This document shows, in pieces, positions 25,697-36,890 of a stretch of 64,000 bases of DNA. Under the pieces are notes generated by a model, which worked only from the letters and a program-made list of their open reading frames with translations, was not told the origin of the DNA and did not search any database. Every line of letters begins with the position of its first letter. Within the stretch, counting starts at the first letter, position 1. This stretch comes from an uncultured Eubacteriales bacterium (lineage in GTDB: Bacteria; Bacillota; Clostridia; Oscillospirales; Ruminococcaceae). Made by a program: the position numbers and the translations under genes. The DNA is taken from positions 15,987 to 79,986 of the forward strand of contig CABUBB010000008.1 in NCBI GenBank assembly GCA_902489745.1, written 5' to 3'.

Positions 25697-26983
25697 TTAT
25701 TCTAAAAAGCCTTTGTGATGTCTCATCGTAATCTGGGATTCTAGGGTGCGCATGGTTTCCAGCGCAACGCCGACGACAATCAGGATAGAAGTACCACCGA
25801 TGGCAATGTTGATCCCGCTGATGTTGGTAAAGATAATCGGGAAAATGGCAACGATGCCAAGGAAAATTGCCCCGACAAAGGTAATTTTGGAAAGAACCTT
25901 GGAAATAAAATCGCTGGTGGGCTTGCCCGGACGAATACCCGGAATTGCACCGCTATTCTTGCGGAGATTATTGGCAATTTCAATTGGATTATACTGAATA
26001 GCGACATAGAAATAGTTAAACGCTATGATCAGCAGGAAATAGATGATGCCGTACCAGATACTGGTATAGCTGAACACATCTACAAACCCTTTCCAGAACG
26101 TGCCTTCTTCCGGTTTGAAGAACGCCGCAATGGTACCCGGAATGGAAACGAACGAGCTTGCAAAGATGATTGGCATAACGCCGCTCATGCTCACCTTAAT
26201 TGGAATATGGGAATTCTGACCGCCGTACATTTTGCGCCCAACCACACGTTTGGCATACTGAACCGGGATTCTGCGTTCGGCGTTGGTCATAACAACAATA
26301 AACGCAATCATCGCGATAAAGATGACAACAATCAACGGGATGAGGACGTAGTAAAGCGGATTACCCAGCTGCAGGTACTGAATGGCGGTGTTAATCATGG
26401 CAGGACCGCGCGAAATAATACCCGCAAACAGGATAATGGAAATGCCGTTTCCAATTCCTTTTTCGTTAATGCGCTCACCGAGCCAGACGATAACCGCAGT
26501 ACCGGCTACGAAGGTAACCACGATAATTGCCGCAACAAAGAATCCGGCGAAACCGGTACGGTGCTCACTGGTAATTGCGCCGACATTAACCATTAAGAAA
26601 TAATACATAATGGCCATAACAAGCGCAAGGGCAAAGGTAACATAACGGGTAATTTTTGCAATTTTCTTGCGCCCGGTGTCGCCCTCTTTGGCCATACGCT
26701 CCAGCGGAGGAATGGCGACCGTGAGCAGCTGCATGATAATGGATGCATTGATATACGGCATAATCGACATGGCAAAAATGGTTGCCTGTGCGAAGGAACC
26801 GCCCGTCATAATATCCAAAAAGCCGAGATTATTGGTATCAATCATGGCTTTTAATGCAGCCGGGTCAAGAAAAGGAACTGGAATTGCTGAGCCAATACGG
26901 AAGATGACAATAATCATCAGGGTATAAAGGAGCTTTTTCCTTGTTTCAGGAACAGCCCAGGCATTCCTTATCGTCTGAAACAT
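25697..26983 (-). CDS. secY: Preprotein translocase SecY
   Basis: The sequence is SecY. The start was set at MFQTIRNAW because a GGAGG RBS precedes it. Confidence 0.95.
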   Translation of the reverse strand: MFQTIRNAWAVPETRKKLLYTLMIIVIFRIGSAIPVPFLDPAALKAMIDTNNLGFLDIMTGGSFAQATIFAMSIMPYINASIIMQLLTVAIPPLERMAKEGDTGRKKIAKITRYVTFALALVMAIMYYFLMVNVGAITSEHRTGFAGFFVAAIIVVTFVAGTAVIVWLGERINEKGIGNGISIILFAGIISRGPAMINTAIQYLQLGNPLYYVLIPLIVVIFIAMIAFIVVMTNAERRIPVQYAKRVVGRKMYGGQNSHIPIKVSMSGVMPIIFASSFVSIPGTIAAFFKPEEGTFWKGFVDVFSYTSIWYGIIYFLLIIAFNYFYVAIQYNPIEIANNLRKNSGAIPGIRPGKPTSDFISKVLSKITFVGAIFLGIVAIFPIIFTNISGINIAIGGTSILIVVGVALETMRTLESQITMRHHKGFLE

Positions 26984-27036
26984 TGTGACCTCCATTCCGT
27001 CTGAAAACGACAATGTACTTTAAGACTGCCGGTCAC

Positions 27037-27477
27037 TTATAAAACCTCTGCCACGCCGCCTGCTTTTTCAATCTTCTCTTTTGCGCTTGCAGAGAATGCA
27101 GCAGCTTTGACGGTGAGCTTTTTGGTGAGCTCGCCATTGCCAAGGATTTTGATGCCGTCCAGCTCTTTGCGGACAACGCCGGCCTTGACAAGCGCCTCGG
27201 CATCAACAACTGCGCCGTCCTCAAACTTATTTAAGTCTGCAACGTTCACAATGGAATACCGGGTCGCAAAAATATTGTTAAAGCCTCTCTTCGGGACACG
27301 TCTCTGAAGCGGCATCTGGCCGCCTTCAAAGCCCGGGCGTACGCCACCGCCCGAACGGGCGTTCTGTCCCTTATGGCCTTTACCGGCTGTTTTGCCGTTT
27401 CCGGAACCAGCGCCGCGACCTTTGCGTTTCGCGTCCTGGTTGGAACCAGCCGCCGGAGTCAACTCATGCAGTTTCAT
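27037..27477 (-). CDS. rplO: 50S ribosomal protein L15
   Basis: The sequence is L15. The start was set at MKLHEL because a GGAGG RBS precedes it. Confidence 0.9.
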   Translation of the reverse strand: MKLHELTPAAGSNQDAKRKGRGAGSGNGKTAGKGHKGQNARSGGGVRPGFEGGQMPLQRRVPKRGFNNIFATRYSIVNVADLNKFEDGAVVDAEALVKAGVVRKELDGIKILGNGELTKKLTVKAAAFSASAKEKIEKAGGVAEVL

Positions 27478-27546
27478 ACTAAACCTCCGTTCCGCCGCTT
27501 TTTGCAAGCGGCAAATGTGTCAGGGGAACTGTTCCTTGCAGGAACC

Positions 27547-27732
27547 TTAGCCTTCAACGACCTCTACGAGGTGGGAAACCTTGGCAATTTTGCCTTTGGT
27601 GGCGTCATTGTCCGGCTGAGCGGAAACATCGCCAATTTTGCGAAGGCCAAGCGATTTGACCGTGGCGATCTGGTCGTCTTTTCTACCGGAAAGCCCTCTC
27701 ACGAGCTTTACGTGAATCATTTTCTCTGCCAT
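27547..27732 (-). CDS. rpmD: 50S ribosomal protein L30
   Basis: The sequence is L30. Confidence 0.9.
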   Translation of the reverse strand: MAEKMIHVKLVRGLSGRKDDQIATVKSLGLRKIGDVSAQPDNDATKGKIAKVSHLVEVVEG

Positions 27733-27747
27733 GAGGGTAAGCCTCCC

Positions 27748-28248
27748 TTATCCTAAAATTTCTTTGACCGATTTGCCTCTGATTTCAGCCATCTGCTCAG
27801 CAGTGCGGAGGGAAGCAAGTCCATCAATGGTGGCCCTTACGACGTTGCAGGGATTGTTGGAACGCAGAGCCTTGGTTCTGATATCCTTAATCCCAGTAAC
27901 TTCGATAACGGCACGAACCGGGCCGCCAGCGATAACGCCGGTACCTTCCGGAGCAGGGTTCATCAAAACACGGCCGGCGCCGAATTTACCAATGACCTCG
28001 TGCGGGATGGTGGTGCCGCGGATGGAAATCTTCTTTAAGTTCTTCTTGGCGTCCTCAATCCCCTTGCGGATTGCGTCCGGAACCTCGCCGGATTTACCAA
28101 GACCGAAACCCACGATATCGTTGCCGTCACCGACAACAACGAGAGCCGCGAACTTGAAGATACGGCCGCCCTTTACCGTTTTGGAAACACGGTTGATGGC
28201 AACCACTTTTTCTTTCAAATCGTATGCGTTAGCATCTATAATAGCCAA
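27748..28248 (-). CDS. rpsE: 30S ribosomal protein S5
   Basis: The sequence is S5. A TTG start at 28248, preceded by a GAGGAGG RBS, avoids overlap with rplR. Confidence 0.9.
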   Translation of the reverse strand: MAIIDANAYDLKEKVVAINRVSKTVKGGRIFKFAALVVVGDGNDIVGFGLGKSGEVPDAIRKGIEDAKKNLKKISIRGTTIPHEVIGKFGAGRVLMNPAPEGTGVIAGGPVRAVIEVTGIKDIRTKALRSNNPCNVVRATIDGLASLRTAEQMAEIRGKSVKEILG

Positions 28249-28262
28249 ATGAATACCTCCTC

Positions 28263-28622
28263 TTAAAACTTGAGGCCGCATTCGCGGGCTCCCTCAGCCA
28301 GTTCCATAATACGGCCGTGGTAGATGTAACCGCCGCGGTCAAAAACGACCTCTTCGATACCCTTCTCCAAAGCTTTCTTAGCAACCAACTGGCCTACTTT
28401 ACGAGCGCCCTCCTTATTGGAGCCGCTGCCTTCAAAATCCTTTTCATTCGACGAAGCTGCAACAAGGGTTACACCGTTAATGTCGTCGATGATCTGGGCA
28501 TAGATGTGTTTGGAGGAGCGGAAAACATTCAGGCGCGGACGTGCGGGAGTACCACTGATTTTGGCACGCACCCTGCGGTGTCTTTTAATTCTGGAATTGG
28601 TTCCAGCAGACTTTTTCACCAT
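28263..28622 (-). CDS. rplR: 50S ribosomal protein L18
   Basis: The sequence is L18. Confidence 0.95.
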   Translation of the reverse strand: MVKKSAGTNSRIKRHRRVRAKISGTPARPRLNVFRSSKHIYAQIIDDINGVTLVAASSNEKDFEGSGSNKEGARKVGQLVAKKALEKGIEEVVFDRGGYIYHGRIMELAEGARECGLKF

Positions 28623-28643
28623 TACCTAGTCAACTCCTTTCAA

Positions 28644-29189
28644 TTACTTCTTGCCCTTACCGGCCTTGCCTTCTTTGCGCTGGATGTACTCGTCAACGTA
28701 CTTAATCCCCTTGCCTTTATACGGCTCCGGCGGACGTTTCTCGCGGACTTCAGCGGCAAACTGGCCAACCTTTTGTTTGTCAGGACCGGAAATGATAATT
28801 TTGTTCGGAGACGGAACTTCGATGGAAATACCATCAATCTCCGGGCAGATAACCTGGTGAGAATAACCGAGGTTCATAACAAGGTCTTTGCCCTGTTTTG
28901 CTGCACGGTAGCCGACGCCGTTGATTTCGAGCTCTTTGGAAAAACCTTTGGTAACCCCCTCAACCATGTTGGAAATGAGGGTACGGGTCAGACCGTGAAG
29001 GCTTTTGTGAGCTTTGTCTTCGCTGGGACGGGCAACATTAATGACTGCGCCGTCTAGCGAGACGAGCATATCTTCATGGAAATCTCTTTCCAGGGTTCCC
29101 TTAGGACCTTTTACAGCGATGTGGTTACCGCTGATTTTGACTTCTACGCCGGAGGGAACATCGATGGGTTTTCTTCCTATACGAGACAT
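28644..29189 (-). CDS. rplF: 50S ribosomal protein L6
   Basis: The sequence is L6. Confidence 0.95.
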   Translation of the reverse strand: MSRIGRKPIDVPSGVEVKISGNHIAVKGPKGTLERDFHEDMLVSLDGAVINVARPSEDKAHKSLHGLTRTLISNMVEGVTKGFSKELEINGVGYRAAKQGKDLVMNLGYSHQVICPEIDGISIEVPSPNKIIISGPDKQKVGQFAAEVREKRPPEPYKGKGIKYVDEYIQRKEGKAGKGKK

Positions 29190-29204
29190 ACGACGTGAAC
29201 CTCC

Positions 29205-29603
29205 TTACCAGATGAATGCGAGGACTTCGCCGCCGACGTTTGCTTTACGCGCCGCCTTATCGGTCATGATGCCCTTGGAAGTGGAAAGAATTGCCACGCC
29301 AAGGCCTTTCATAACTTTGGGCATATCCTCAACATTTGTATAAATACGCAGGCCGGGTTTGGAGACCCTGCGCAGGCCTGTAATAACCTGAGACTTATTC
29401 TCACCGTATTTCAAAGTGATACGGATGAGACCCTGCTTCCCGTCCTCTACGACCTGGAAGCTTTTAACATAACCCTCGTCAACAAGAATCTGGGCGATCG
29501 CCTTTTTCATGTTGGATGCGGGTATATCCACCGTGTCATGTTTTGCTGTATTTGCATTCCGGATACGGGTGAGCATATCAGCAATCGTATCGGTGATTTG
29601 CAT
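29205..29603 (-). CDS. rpsH: 30S ribosomal protein S8
   Basis: The sequence is S8. Confidence 0.95.
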   Translation of the reverse strand: MQITDTIADMLTRIRNANTAKHDTVDIPASNMKKAIAQILVDEGYVKSFQVVEDGKQGLIRITLKYGENKSQVITGLRRVSKPGLRIYTNVEDMPKVMKGLGVAILSTSKGIMTDKAARKANVGGEVLAFIW

Positions 29604-29630
29604 GCCGTCAACCTCCTTTGCTTCTAGCCT

Positions 29631-29816
29631 TTACCAGCTTGCTTTTTTCACGCCTGGAATCTGGCCTTTGTAAGCCAGCTCCCTGAAGCAGATACGGCAG
29701 ATGCCATATTTCCGCAGGTAAGCGTGCGGTCTTCCGCAGATTTTACACCTGTTATAGGCACGGGTGGAAAACTTCGGCTCTCTCTGCTGTTTTACCTTCA
29801 TGGACGTTTTCGCCAT
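29631..29816 (-). CDS. rpsN: 30S ribosomal protein S14, type Z (Zn-ribbon form)
   Basis: A 61-aa protein with CKICGRP...CRICFRE. Confidence 0.95.
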   Translation of the reverse strand: MAKTSMKVKQQREPKFSTRAYNRCKICGRPHAYLRKYGICRICFRELAYKGQIPGVKKASW

Positions 29817-29830
29817 TTGTGTTTCCTCCC

Positions 29831-30370
29831 TTATCTCTCAAACGGAGCGCCGAACAACGTAAGCAGTTCACGCGCTTCTTCGTCGGTTTTCGCGGTGGTG
29901 ACGAAGCAGATATCCATACCGCGGACCTTGTCAATTTTATCGTAGTCAATTTCCGGGAAGATAAGCTGTTCTTTGAGGCCCATGTTATAGTTGCCGCGGC
30001 CGTCGAAGGAATTGGGGTTAATGCCGCGGAAGTCTCTTACACGGGGGAGAGCAACGTTGAACAGACGGTCAACGAACTCATACATACGCTCAGCACGCAG
30101 GGTAACCTTTGCGCCGATGTCCATGCCCTCACGGAGCTTGAAGTTAGCAACGGATTTTTTCGCCTTGCAGACGACGGGTCTCTGGCCGGTGATAGCGGTC
30201 AGATCGCCGACGATGGCGTCAATCATTTTGGAGTTGTCGCGAGCTTCGCCGCAACCAACGTTGATAACAACCTTTTCAAGCTTCGGAATCTGCATGACAC
30301 TTTTATAGCCAAACTTTTTCATCATTGCAGGTGCGATGTCTTTTACATAAGCATCTTTCAGTCTTGCCAT
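29831..30370 (-). CDS. rplE: 50S ribosomal protein L5
   Basis: The sequence is L5. Confidence 0.95.
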   Translation of the reverse strand: MARLKDAYVKDIAPAMMKKFGYKSVMQIPKLEKVVINVGCGEARDNSKMIDAIVGDLTAITGQRPVVCKAKKSVANFKLREGMDIGAKVTLRAERMYEFVDRLFNVALPRVRDFRGINPNSFDGRGNYNMGLKEQLIFPEIDYDKIDKVRGMDICFVTTAKTDEEARELLTLFGAPFER

Positions 30371-30389
30371 GAAAATCTTTCCTCCTCAC

Positions 30390-30707
30390 TTAAAAGGTTG
30401 CGCCGCATTTTTTGCAAAGGCGCTCTTTTTTGCCGCCCTCATTGACCTTATGGCCAACGCGGGTTGGCTTTTTGCACTTCGGGCAGACAAGCTGTACCTT
30501 ACATGCATAAATCGGGGACTCAGCTTTGACAATACCGCCGGTCTCACCCATTCTTCTCGGTTTTACGTGTTTGCTGATGATGTTGCAGCCTTCCACGATA
30601 ACCTTCTGCTCAGACGGGCTAACTTCAAGGACTTTGCCCTGTTTGCCGCGATCTCTGCCGGTCAGGATCACAACGTTGTCGTCGCGTTTTACGTGTACTT
30701 TATTCAT
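30390..30707 (-). CDS. rplX: 50S ribosomal protein L24, with a C-terminal CxxC...CxxC
   Basis: It has an L24 KOW-type N-terminus and a C-terminus with CPKC...CKKC. Confidence 0.95.
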   Translation of the reverse strand: MNKVHVKRDDNVVILTGRDRGKQGKVLEVSPSEQKVIVEGCNIISKHVKPRRMGETGGIVKAESPIYACKVQLVCPKCKKPTRVGHKVNEGGKKERLCKKCGATF

Positions 30708-30723
30708 TTAAGTGCACCTCCAA

Positions 30724-31092
30724 TCAAAGAACTTCTGGTGCAAGGGAGAGAATCTTGAGGTATTCTTTCTCACGAAGCTCTCTTGCAACAGGCCCAAAAA
30801 TACGGGTGCCTCTTGGGTTTTTATCGTCTCTGATGATAACTGCCGCGTTCTCATCGAAGCGGATATAGGTTCCGTCATCACGGCGAACGCCTTTTGCGGA
30901 ACGGACGATGACAGCTTTGACCACATCGCCTTTTTTAACAACGCCGCCGGGTGTTGCTTTTTTGACCGAAGCAACGACGACATCGCCAATATTAGCATAC
31001 CTTCTGCGGGAACCGCCCAGCACACGGATGCACATTAATTCTTTCGCACCGGTGTTGTCGGCAACCTTCAGGTAACTCTGCATCTGTATCAC
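30724..31092 (-). CDS. rplN: 50S ribosomal protein L14
   Basis: The sequence is L14. Confidence 0.95.
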   Translation of the reverse strand: MIQMQSYLKVADNTGAKELMCIRVLGGSRRRYANIGDVVVASVKKATPGGVVKKGDVVKAVIVRSAKGVRRDDGTYIRFDENAAVIIRDDKNPRGTRIFGPVARELREKEYLKILSLAPEVL

Positions 31093-31121
31093 AGTGCAAG
31101 CCTCCTTTTGGCATCACTTAG

Positions 31122-31379
31122 TTATTTCGCCTTTTCAATGATTTCTACAACTCTCCATCTCTTGTCCTTGGACAGAGGACGGGTCTCCATAACCGACACC
31201 TTATCGCCGATGCTGCAGGCGTTACCTTCATCATGGGCTTTGAGTTTCACGGTGCGTTTGATAATCTTTTTGTAAAGAGGATGTTTTACATTGTCAACAA
31301 TGGAAACCACAACGGTTTTATCCATTTTATTGCTGACAACCATGCCTACCCTCGTTTTTCTGAGGTTTCTTTCACTCAC
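31122..31379 (-). CDS. rpsQ: 30S ribosomal protein S17
   Basis: The sequence is S17. Confidence 0.95.
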   Translation of the reverse strand: MSERNLRKTRVGMVVSNKMDKTVVVSIVDNVKHPLYKKIIKRTVKLKAHDEGNACSIGDKVSVMETRPLSKDKRWRVVEIIEKAK

Positions 31380-31398
31380 AGCTTAAATCCTCCCTTCC

Positions 31399-31605
31399 TT
31401 ACTTACCAGCGTTTTCCTTGAGTTCCTGCTCACGGATGACTGTTTTCAAGCGAGCAATGTCTTTTTTGACAGCCTTGATGCGCTGAGGGTTCTCAAGCTG
31501 GTTCACTGCAAGCTGGAAGCGCAGGTTGAAAAGCTCTGCTTTAAGGTCGCTCACCTTGTTGTTCATTTCAGCCAGCGACATATCACGAATTTCCGTAGCT
31601 TTCAT
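31399..31605 (-). CDS. rpmC: 50S ribosomal protein L29
   Basis: The sequence is L29. Confidence 0.95.
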   Translation of the reverse strand: MKATEIRDMSLAEMNNKVSDLKAELFNLRFQLAVNQLENPQRIKAVKKDIARLKTVIREQELKENAGK

Positions 31606-32030
31606 TATTGCTCACCGCCTGTCTGTTCCTTAGATACAAATTTGCATTTGATGGGCAGCTTATGCATAGCAAGACGCATAGCTTCTCTGGCAGCCTCTTC
31701 GGAAACGCCTGCAATTTCAAACAGGACGCGGCCCGGTTTTACAACGGCCACCCAGTATTCCGGAGAACCTTTACCGGAACCCATGCGGGTTTCAGCCGGT
31801 TTTTCGGTAACCGGTTTATCCGGGAAAATTTTAATCCAGACCTGACCACCACGTTTGATGTAACGGGTCATGGCAATACGAGCCGCCTCGATTTGGTTCG
31901 AGGTAATCCAAGCCGGCTGCAGCGCCTGCAGGCCATATTCGCCGTGGGACACGGTATTACCGCGGGTAGCGGTACCGGTCATACGCCCTCTGTGGACACG
32001 GCGGTATTTCACACGCTTTGGTAACAGCAT
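31605..32030 (-). CDS. rplP: 50S ribosomal protein L16
   Basis: The sequence is L16. Confidence 0.95.
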   Translation of the reverse strand: MLLPKRVKYRRVHRGRMTGTATRGNTVSHGEYGLQALQPAWITSNQIEAARIAMTRYIKRGGQVWIKIFPDKPVTEKPAETRMGSGKGSPEYWVAVVKPGRVLFEIAGVSEEAAREAMRLAMHKLPIKCKFVSKEQTGGEQ

Positions 32031-32755
32031 TACTTGTTACCTCCTTCCCTACGGGGTCTTCTGCGGTTGTCATTCCGGTCGCTACGGTCATTCCTGCGGG
32101 AAGACGTACTGGTGGAAGAAACCTCGCCTTTCAAAACTTCACCTTTATAAATCCAAACCTTAACACCAATGCGGCCATAGGTAGTAGCAGCCTCTGCAAA
32201 ACCGTAGTCAATATCAGCACGGAGGGTCTGGAGAGGGATGGTGCCCTCATGATAACTTTCAGAACGTGCAATTTCAGCGCCGCCGAGACGGCCGGAAACA
32301 GCGGTCTTAATTCCTTTTGCACCAAGTTTCATGGTTCTGCCAATGCACTGTTTCATAGCACGGCGGAACGAAATGCGGCGTTCGAGCTGGGAAGCAATGT
32401 TCTCAGCGACAAGCTGTGCATTGAGATCCGGCTGTTTTACCTCAACAATATTGATGAGTACAGTCTTACCGAGCATTTTCTGAAGTTCTGCACGGAGCTT
32501 CTCAATTTCGGAACCACCGCGGCCAATGACCAGACCCGGTTTTGCACAGTGGATATGAATACGGACTTTGACTGCGTCGCGCTCAATCTCAATGCGCGGG
32601 ACGCCTGCCGCGTACAATTTGTTTTTCAGATACTTACGGACCTTGTAATCCTCAACGAGGGTATCGCCGAAAGCAGCGTCGTTCACAAACCAGCGGGAAT
32701 CCCAGTCTTTGATTACGCCCACTCTGAAACCGTGTGGGTTTACTTTCTGTCCCAT
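32030..32755 (-). CDS. rpsC: 30S ribosomal protein S3
   Basis: The sequence is S3 with a basic C-terminal tail. Confidence 0.95.
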   Translation of the reverse strand: MGQKVNPHGFRVGVIKDWDSRWFVNDAAFGDTLVEDYKVRKYLKNKLYAAGVPRIEIERDAVKVRIHIHCAKPGLVIGRGGSEIEKLRAELQKMLGKTVLINIVEVKQPDLNAQLVAENIASQLERRISFRRAMKQCIGRTMKLGAKGIKTAVSGRLGGAEIARSESYHEGTIPLQTLRADIDYGFAEAATTYGRIGVKVWIYKGEVLKGEVSSTSTSSRRNDRSDRNDNRRRPRREGGNK

Positions 32756-32775
32756 AGTTTACCTCCTCTTTCAGC

Positions 32776-33111
32776 TTATTCCTTTTCCTTTAATACAAGG
32801 GTAATGTGCGAAGTTCTCTTTAACACCTTAAAGGCCCTGCCCTGGGCTCTCGGTCTGACGCGTTTCATGGTCGGACCCGGTGTTACAAAGCACTCTGCAA
32901 CATAGAGGTCGTCTTTGCTCATGCCGTGGTTATTTTCGGCGTTAGCAACTGCTGATGCCAGAAGTTTTACCAGAGGCTCACACGCAGCTTTCGGCGTGTT
33001 TTTCAAAATTGCCATAGCGAGGTCGACCGGTTTGTTGCGGATTAAATCCAGAACAATCTGGACCTTTCTCGGGGCGATGCGGGCATGTCTGAGGTAAGCC
33101 CTTGCTTCCAT
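32776..33111 (-). CDS. rplV: 50S ribosomal protein L22
   Basis: The sequence is L22. Confidence 0.95.
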   Translation of the reverse strand: MEARAYLRHARIAPRKVQIVLDLIRNKPVDLAMAILKNTPKAACEPLVKLLASAVANAENNHGMSKDDLYVAECFVTPGPTMKRVRPRAQGRAFKVLKRTSHITLVLKEKE

Positions 33112-33130
33112 TTAAAATCCTCCTTCCGGC

Positions 33131-33415
33131 CTATTTCTTACCGTTATTTGAAGTCTTGGAACCGGCATGGCCTTTGTACGTACGGGTCGGGGCAAACTCA
33201 CCGAGCTTGTGGCCGACCATATCTTCGGTAACGTAAACAGGGACATGCTTGCGTCCGTCGTGAACTGCAAATGTATGACCTACGAAATCAGGGAAAATTG
33301 TGGAAGCGCGGCTCCAGGTTTTGAGAACCACTTTTTCGCCTGCTTCGTTCATTTTCTGAACACGCTGTAACAGGACCGGCTGAACGTAAGGTCCCTTTTT
33401 AACACTTCTACCCAT
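33131..33415 (-). CDS. rpsS: 30S ribosomal protein S19
   Basis: The sequence is S19. Confidence 0.95.
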   Translation of the reverse strand: MGRSVKKGPYVQPVLLQRVQKMNEAGEKVVLKTWSRASTIFPDFVGHTFAVHDGRKHVPVYVTEDMVGHKLGEFAPTRTYKGHAGSKTSNNGKK

Positions 33416-33439
33416 AGGTTCATCTGTCTCCTTTCAGCA

Positions 33440-34273
33440 TTACTTCGCATTTCTGCGTTTTACGATAAACTTATCGGAGCGATGATGCTTCGCGCGGGTC
33501 TTGTAACCGAGGGTCGGTTTACCCCAAGGCGTAACAGGTCCGGGACGTCCGATAGGCGATTTACCTTCACCACCGCCGTGCGGATGGTCATTCGGGTTCA
33601 TAACAGAACCGCGGACCGACGGACGCCAGCCCAAGTGACGTTTTTTACCCGCTTTACCGATGTTGGTGTTCTCGTGGTCTGTGTTGCCAACCTGGCCAAT
33701 GGAGGCCATGCAGTTGGCCGGAATATTCCGCTGCTCACCGGAGGGCAGACGGATGAGGGCATAAACGCCTTCTTTCGCCATAAGCTGCGCCATGTTGCCC
33801 GCAGAGCGGACGAGCTGTGCACCTTTGCCCGGGTAAAGCTCAATGTTGTGGATAACGGTACCAACCGGAATTGCACTGAGCGGCAGTGCATTGCCCGGCT
33901 TGATATCTGCGTCTGCACCAGCGCGGACCGTGTCGCCTACTTTGAGGCCAACCGGCGCGATGATGTAGCGCTTTTCACCGTCCTCATATTTGAGCAGGGC
34001 GATGTGAGCGGAACGGTTCGGGTCATACTCCAGGGTCATGACCTCTGCGTTCATGCCAACCTTGTCACGCTTGAAGTCGATGACACGGTATTTCTTTCTG
34101 TTTCCGCCGCCATGATGGCGAACGGTAATTCTTCCGTAGCTGTTACGACCGGCAGTCTTCTTGAGTGGCTCAAGCAGGCTTTTCTCCGGCGCTACCTTGG
34201 ACAGCCCCGAATAGTCAACGACGGTCATATTACGCCGGGACGGGGTTGTTGGCTTGTAGCTTTTGATTGCCAT
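33440..34273 (-). CDS. rplB: 50S ribosomal protein L2
   Basis: The sequence is L2. Confidence 0.95.
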   Translation of the reverse strand: MAIKSYKPTTPSRRNMTVVDYSGLSKVAPEKSLLEPLKKTAGRNSYGRITVRHHGGGNRKKYRVIDFKRDKVGMNAEVMTLEYDPNRSAHIALLKYEDGEKRYIIAPVGLKVGDTVRAGADADIKPGNALPLSAIPVGTVIHNIELYPGKGAQLVRSAGNMAQLMAKEGVYALIRLPSGEQRNIPANCMASIGQVGNTDHENTNIGKAGKKRHLGWRPSVRGSVMNPNDHPHGGGEGKSPIGRPGPVTPWGKPTLGYKTRAKHHRSDKFIVKRRNAK

Positions 34274-34371
34274 GTTACTTTCACTCCTTGTTTCGGTTTA
34301 GCGAGGACGCTTTTAAAAGTTGGTCCTCATACATCACCGCCCGGACCTTTTGCCCGGACTGTCACAAAGGC

Positions 34372-34665
34372 TTATGCGAGGCTCTCGAAGATTTCAATCC
34401 CCTTGGAGTCATCGGTCAGGGTGACAATCGCCTTTTTCCAATCCGACTGGTAGCCGGAATTCATGCCTACGCGTTTTGCGCGGCCCTTGCAGTTCATGGT
34501 GTTGACCTTGAGCACCTTGACGCCGAAAAGCGCCTCAACTGCCTGAGCGATTTCAATCTTATTGGAATCCTTCGCGACTTTAAAGGTGTATTTCTTATCC
34601 GCGACGCTGGTGATGGATTTCTCCGTCATGATCGGGCGGATGATGATATCCTGCGGTGCTTTCAT
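34372..34665 (-). CDS. rplW: 50S ribosomal protein L23
   Basis: The sequence is L23. Confidence 0.95.
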   Translation of the reverse strand: MKAPQDIIIRPIMTEKSITSVADKKYTFKVAKDSNKIEIAQAVEALFGVKVLKVNTMNCKGRAKRVGMNSGYQSDWKKAIVTLTDDSKGIEIFESLA

Positions 34666-35288
34666 TACGCGTACACCTCCTCAAGTTTGAGTGCGGTATC
34701 CTTGAGCAGTACCACCTTGTCACAGTTGAGAATATCGTACACATTCAGGGTGTTGTACTGGGTGGTTTTGACGCCCGGGATATTCGCAGCGCTCTTGATG
34801 ACCTTCTGGTCGACGGTCGGCAGAGCGATGAGTACCTTCTTGTCCGCGCCGATGGCGGAGAGAACGCTCATCATCTCTTTGGTTTTGTACTCGGTGATGC
34901 CGAAGCTGTCGAGTACAATCATTTCACCGCCCTGTACCTTTGCAGAGAGAGCGGATTTCAGTGCGAGCGCACGAACTTTTTTGTTGAGTGCAAAGCGGTA
35001 ATCACGCGGTTTCGGGCCGAGTGCAATACCGCCGTGCCGCCACTGCGGAGCGCGGATGGAACCCTGTCTTGCATGACCGGTCCCCTTCTGGCGCCACGGT
35101 TTGCGGCCACCGCCGCGAACCTCAGTGCGGGTGAGGGTGGACTGGGTGCCTTGGCGCTGGTTTGCCAGATAATTCACCACAGCCATGTGCATAACCGCCT
35201 CATTCGGGGTTACGCCAAAGATAGCATCAGAAAGCTCCATCGTGGAAACCTCTTTGCCATTGCGATCCAAAACTTTGATGTTTGGCAT
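34665..35288 (-). CDS. rplD: 50S ribosomal protein L4
   Basis: The sequence is L4. Confidence 0.95.
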   Translation of the reverse strand: MPNIKVLDRNGKEVSTMELSDAIFGVTPNEAVMHMAVVNYLANQRQGTQSTLTRTEVRGGGRKPWRQKGTGHARQGSIRAPQWRHGGIALGPKPRDYRFALNKKVRALALKSALSAKVQGGEMIVLDSFGITEYKTKEMMSVLSAIGADKKVLIALPTVDQKVIKSAANIPGVKTTQYNTLNVYDILNCDKVVLLKDTALKLEEVYA

Positions 35289-35305
35289 GTTGCTTCCTCC
35301 TTCCG

Positions 35306-35941
35306 TTAAGCCTTCTTCACAGCACTTTTAATGGTGACGATACCGCCCTTAGGGCCAGGGATCGCGCCTTTGAGTGCAATCAGATTGTTTTCTGCGTCCA
35401 CTTTTACAACTTCAAGGTTCTGGACCGTAACGGTCTCAGCACCGAGATGGCCAGGCATTTTCTTGCCCTTCATGATTCTGGAAGGGTCAGAGCCCGCGCC
35501 CATGGAGCCGGCATGCCGGCCGACCGGGCCTGTACCATGAGTTGCTTTCAGAGAACGGTTATTGTAACGCTTGATAGTACCGGCGAAGCCTTTACCTTTG
35601 CTGGTGCCGCAGACATCGACGATGTCGCCCGGCTCAAAAGCATCTGCCTTAATGATATCGCCGAGGTTGTAAGCGTCCATATCGTCAAAGCCGAACTCTT
35701 TCAGGGTTCTCTTTGCAGCGGCGTCCGCTTTTGCGAAATGGCCTTTCTGCGGCTTGTTGACGTTCTTGACGCTGATTTCGCCGAAGCCAAGCTGGACAGC
35801 GGAATAGCCGTCGTTTTCAGCGGTCTTTTTCTGGACCACGACGCAAGGGCCTGCTTCTACAACAGTAACAGGGATGACCTTGCCGTTGTCATCGAAAATC
35901 TGAGTCATGCCGATTTTCTTACCAACGATACCTTTTTTCAT
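35306..35941 (-). CDS. rplC: 50S ribosomal protein L3
   Basis: The sequence is L3. The start was set at [16 protein letters not shown] because a GGAGG RBS precedes it. Confidence 0.95.
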   Translation of the reverse strand: MKKGIVGKKIGMTQIFDDNGKVIPVTVVEAGPCVVVQKKTAENDGYSAVQLGFGEISVKNVNKPQKGHFAKADAAAKRTLKEFGFDDMDAYNLGDIIKADAFEPGDIVDVCGTSKGKGFAGTIKRYNNRSLKATHGTGPVGRHAGSMGAGSDPSRIMKGKKMPGHLGAETVTVQNLEVVKVDAENNLIALKGAIPGPKGGIVTIKSAVKKA

Positions 35942-36008
35942 TGTCTTTCCTCCTATTCGGTTATTGGTTGACCGGTTGCAGCCAACATGACCTGCGGTGC
36001 GGTGATAC

Positions 36009-36320
36009 TTAGAGTTTAATCTCCAGCTCCACGCCGGCAGGAAGCTCAAGACCCTGTAAAGCCTCAACAGTTTTGTTGGACGGCCTTAAAATGTCAATGA
36101 GTCTTTTGTGGGTTCTCATCTCAAACTGCTCACGGCTGTCTTTGTACTTATGAACAGCGCGGAGAATGGTTACGACCTCTTTTTCGGTCGGGAGCGGGAT
36201 TGGCCCCGAAACCCTTGCGCCGGTACGCTTTGCTGTTTCAACAATTTTAGTTGCCGCAGCGTCGACCAGGCTGTGGTCATAGCTTTTAAGTCTGATTCTG
36301 ATTTTTTCTTTGACTGCCAC
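36009..36320 (-). CDS. rpsJ: 30S ribosomal protein S10
   Basis: The sequence is S10. The start is GTG, 9 nt after an AGGAGG RBS. Confidence 0.95.
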   Translation of the reverse strand: MAVKEKIRIRLKSYDHSLVDAAATKIVETAKRTGARVSGPIPLPTEKEVVTILRAVHKYKDSREQFEMRTHKRLIDILRPSNKTVEALQGLELPAGVELEIKL

Positions 36321-36401
36321 TTTTCATCGCCTCCTAAAATAATGTACGCGGTGAACATCAATCGCCCAAACACGGCGCCGTGTGTTTCGTGCAAACCCAT
36401 T

Positions 36402-36432
36402 AAAAAACCGAAAAAACACGCAGTTTTTCCGG
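36402..36432 (-). terminator. Attenuator-like terminator inside the S10 operon leader
   Basis: On the minus strand ccggaaaaac-tgcgt-gttttttcgg forms a 10-bp stem followed directly by TTTTTT. It lies about 80 nt upstream of the rpsJ start. Confidence 0.45.
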
Positions 36433-36637
36433 AGACGGTACAGAGACGCAAGAACCCTATACCCATACGACGCAGGCGTACTTACCCGCGGCAAGCCGCA
36501 CGGCAGTATACACCGTACTACCTGTTCAGTAATTGTTGTCGCCCGGTTTAAAATCGGACATACTCCACGGAAATTCCCCGCCCGGATGGACGGCCACCTC
36601 CCGCTTCATCGCATATCTGTCGCAGTCGTGCCTCATT

Positions 36638-36666
36638 ATTATACAATACAGGCAGCGCAACAGCAA
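36638..36666 (-). promoter_or_regulatory. Candidate S10 operon promoter
   Basis: On the minus strand it reads TTGCTG, a 17-nt spacer, then TATAAT. It lies just downstream of the proS terminator and implies a leader of about 300 nt. Confidence 0.5.
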
Positions 36667-36684
36667 GCAAAATGCCTGTAGAAT

Positions 36685-36737
36685 TTTTTGTATAAAACAG
36701 CCCTGTTTCTGTGCAAATTGCACAGAAACAGGGCTGT
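36685..36737 (-). terminator. proS terminator, an unusually long perfect hairpin
   Basis: On the minus strand acagccctgtttctgtgca / tgcacagaaacagggctgt forms about 19 bp with a 3-nt loop, followed by TTTTATAC. Confidence 0.75.
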
Positions 36738-36890
36738 AATGAATCCACGGGACAAGATAGGCCCTAAAACTTGTTTCTAGAGTGATAAACGAGCAAGATT
36801 TTTCGTTTTCCCAGCAAGGCATTAAGCCAATCCAGACAGGAAAACACACGTTATCGGCAAAACCACCCGTCTCAGCGCAGAGGGACGCTG

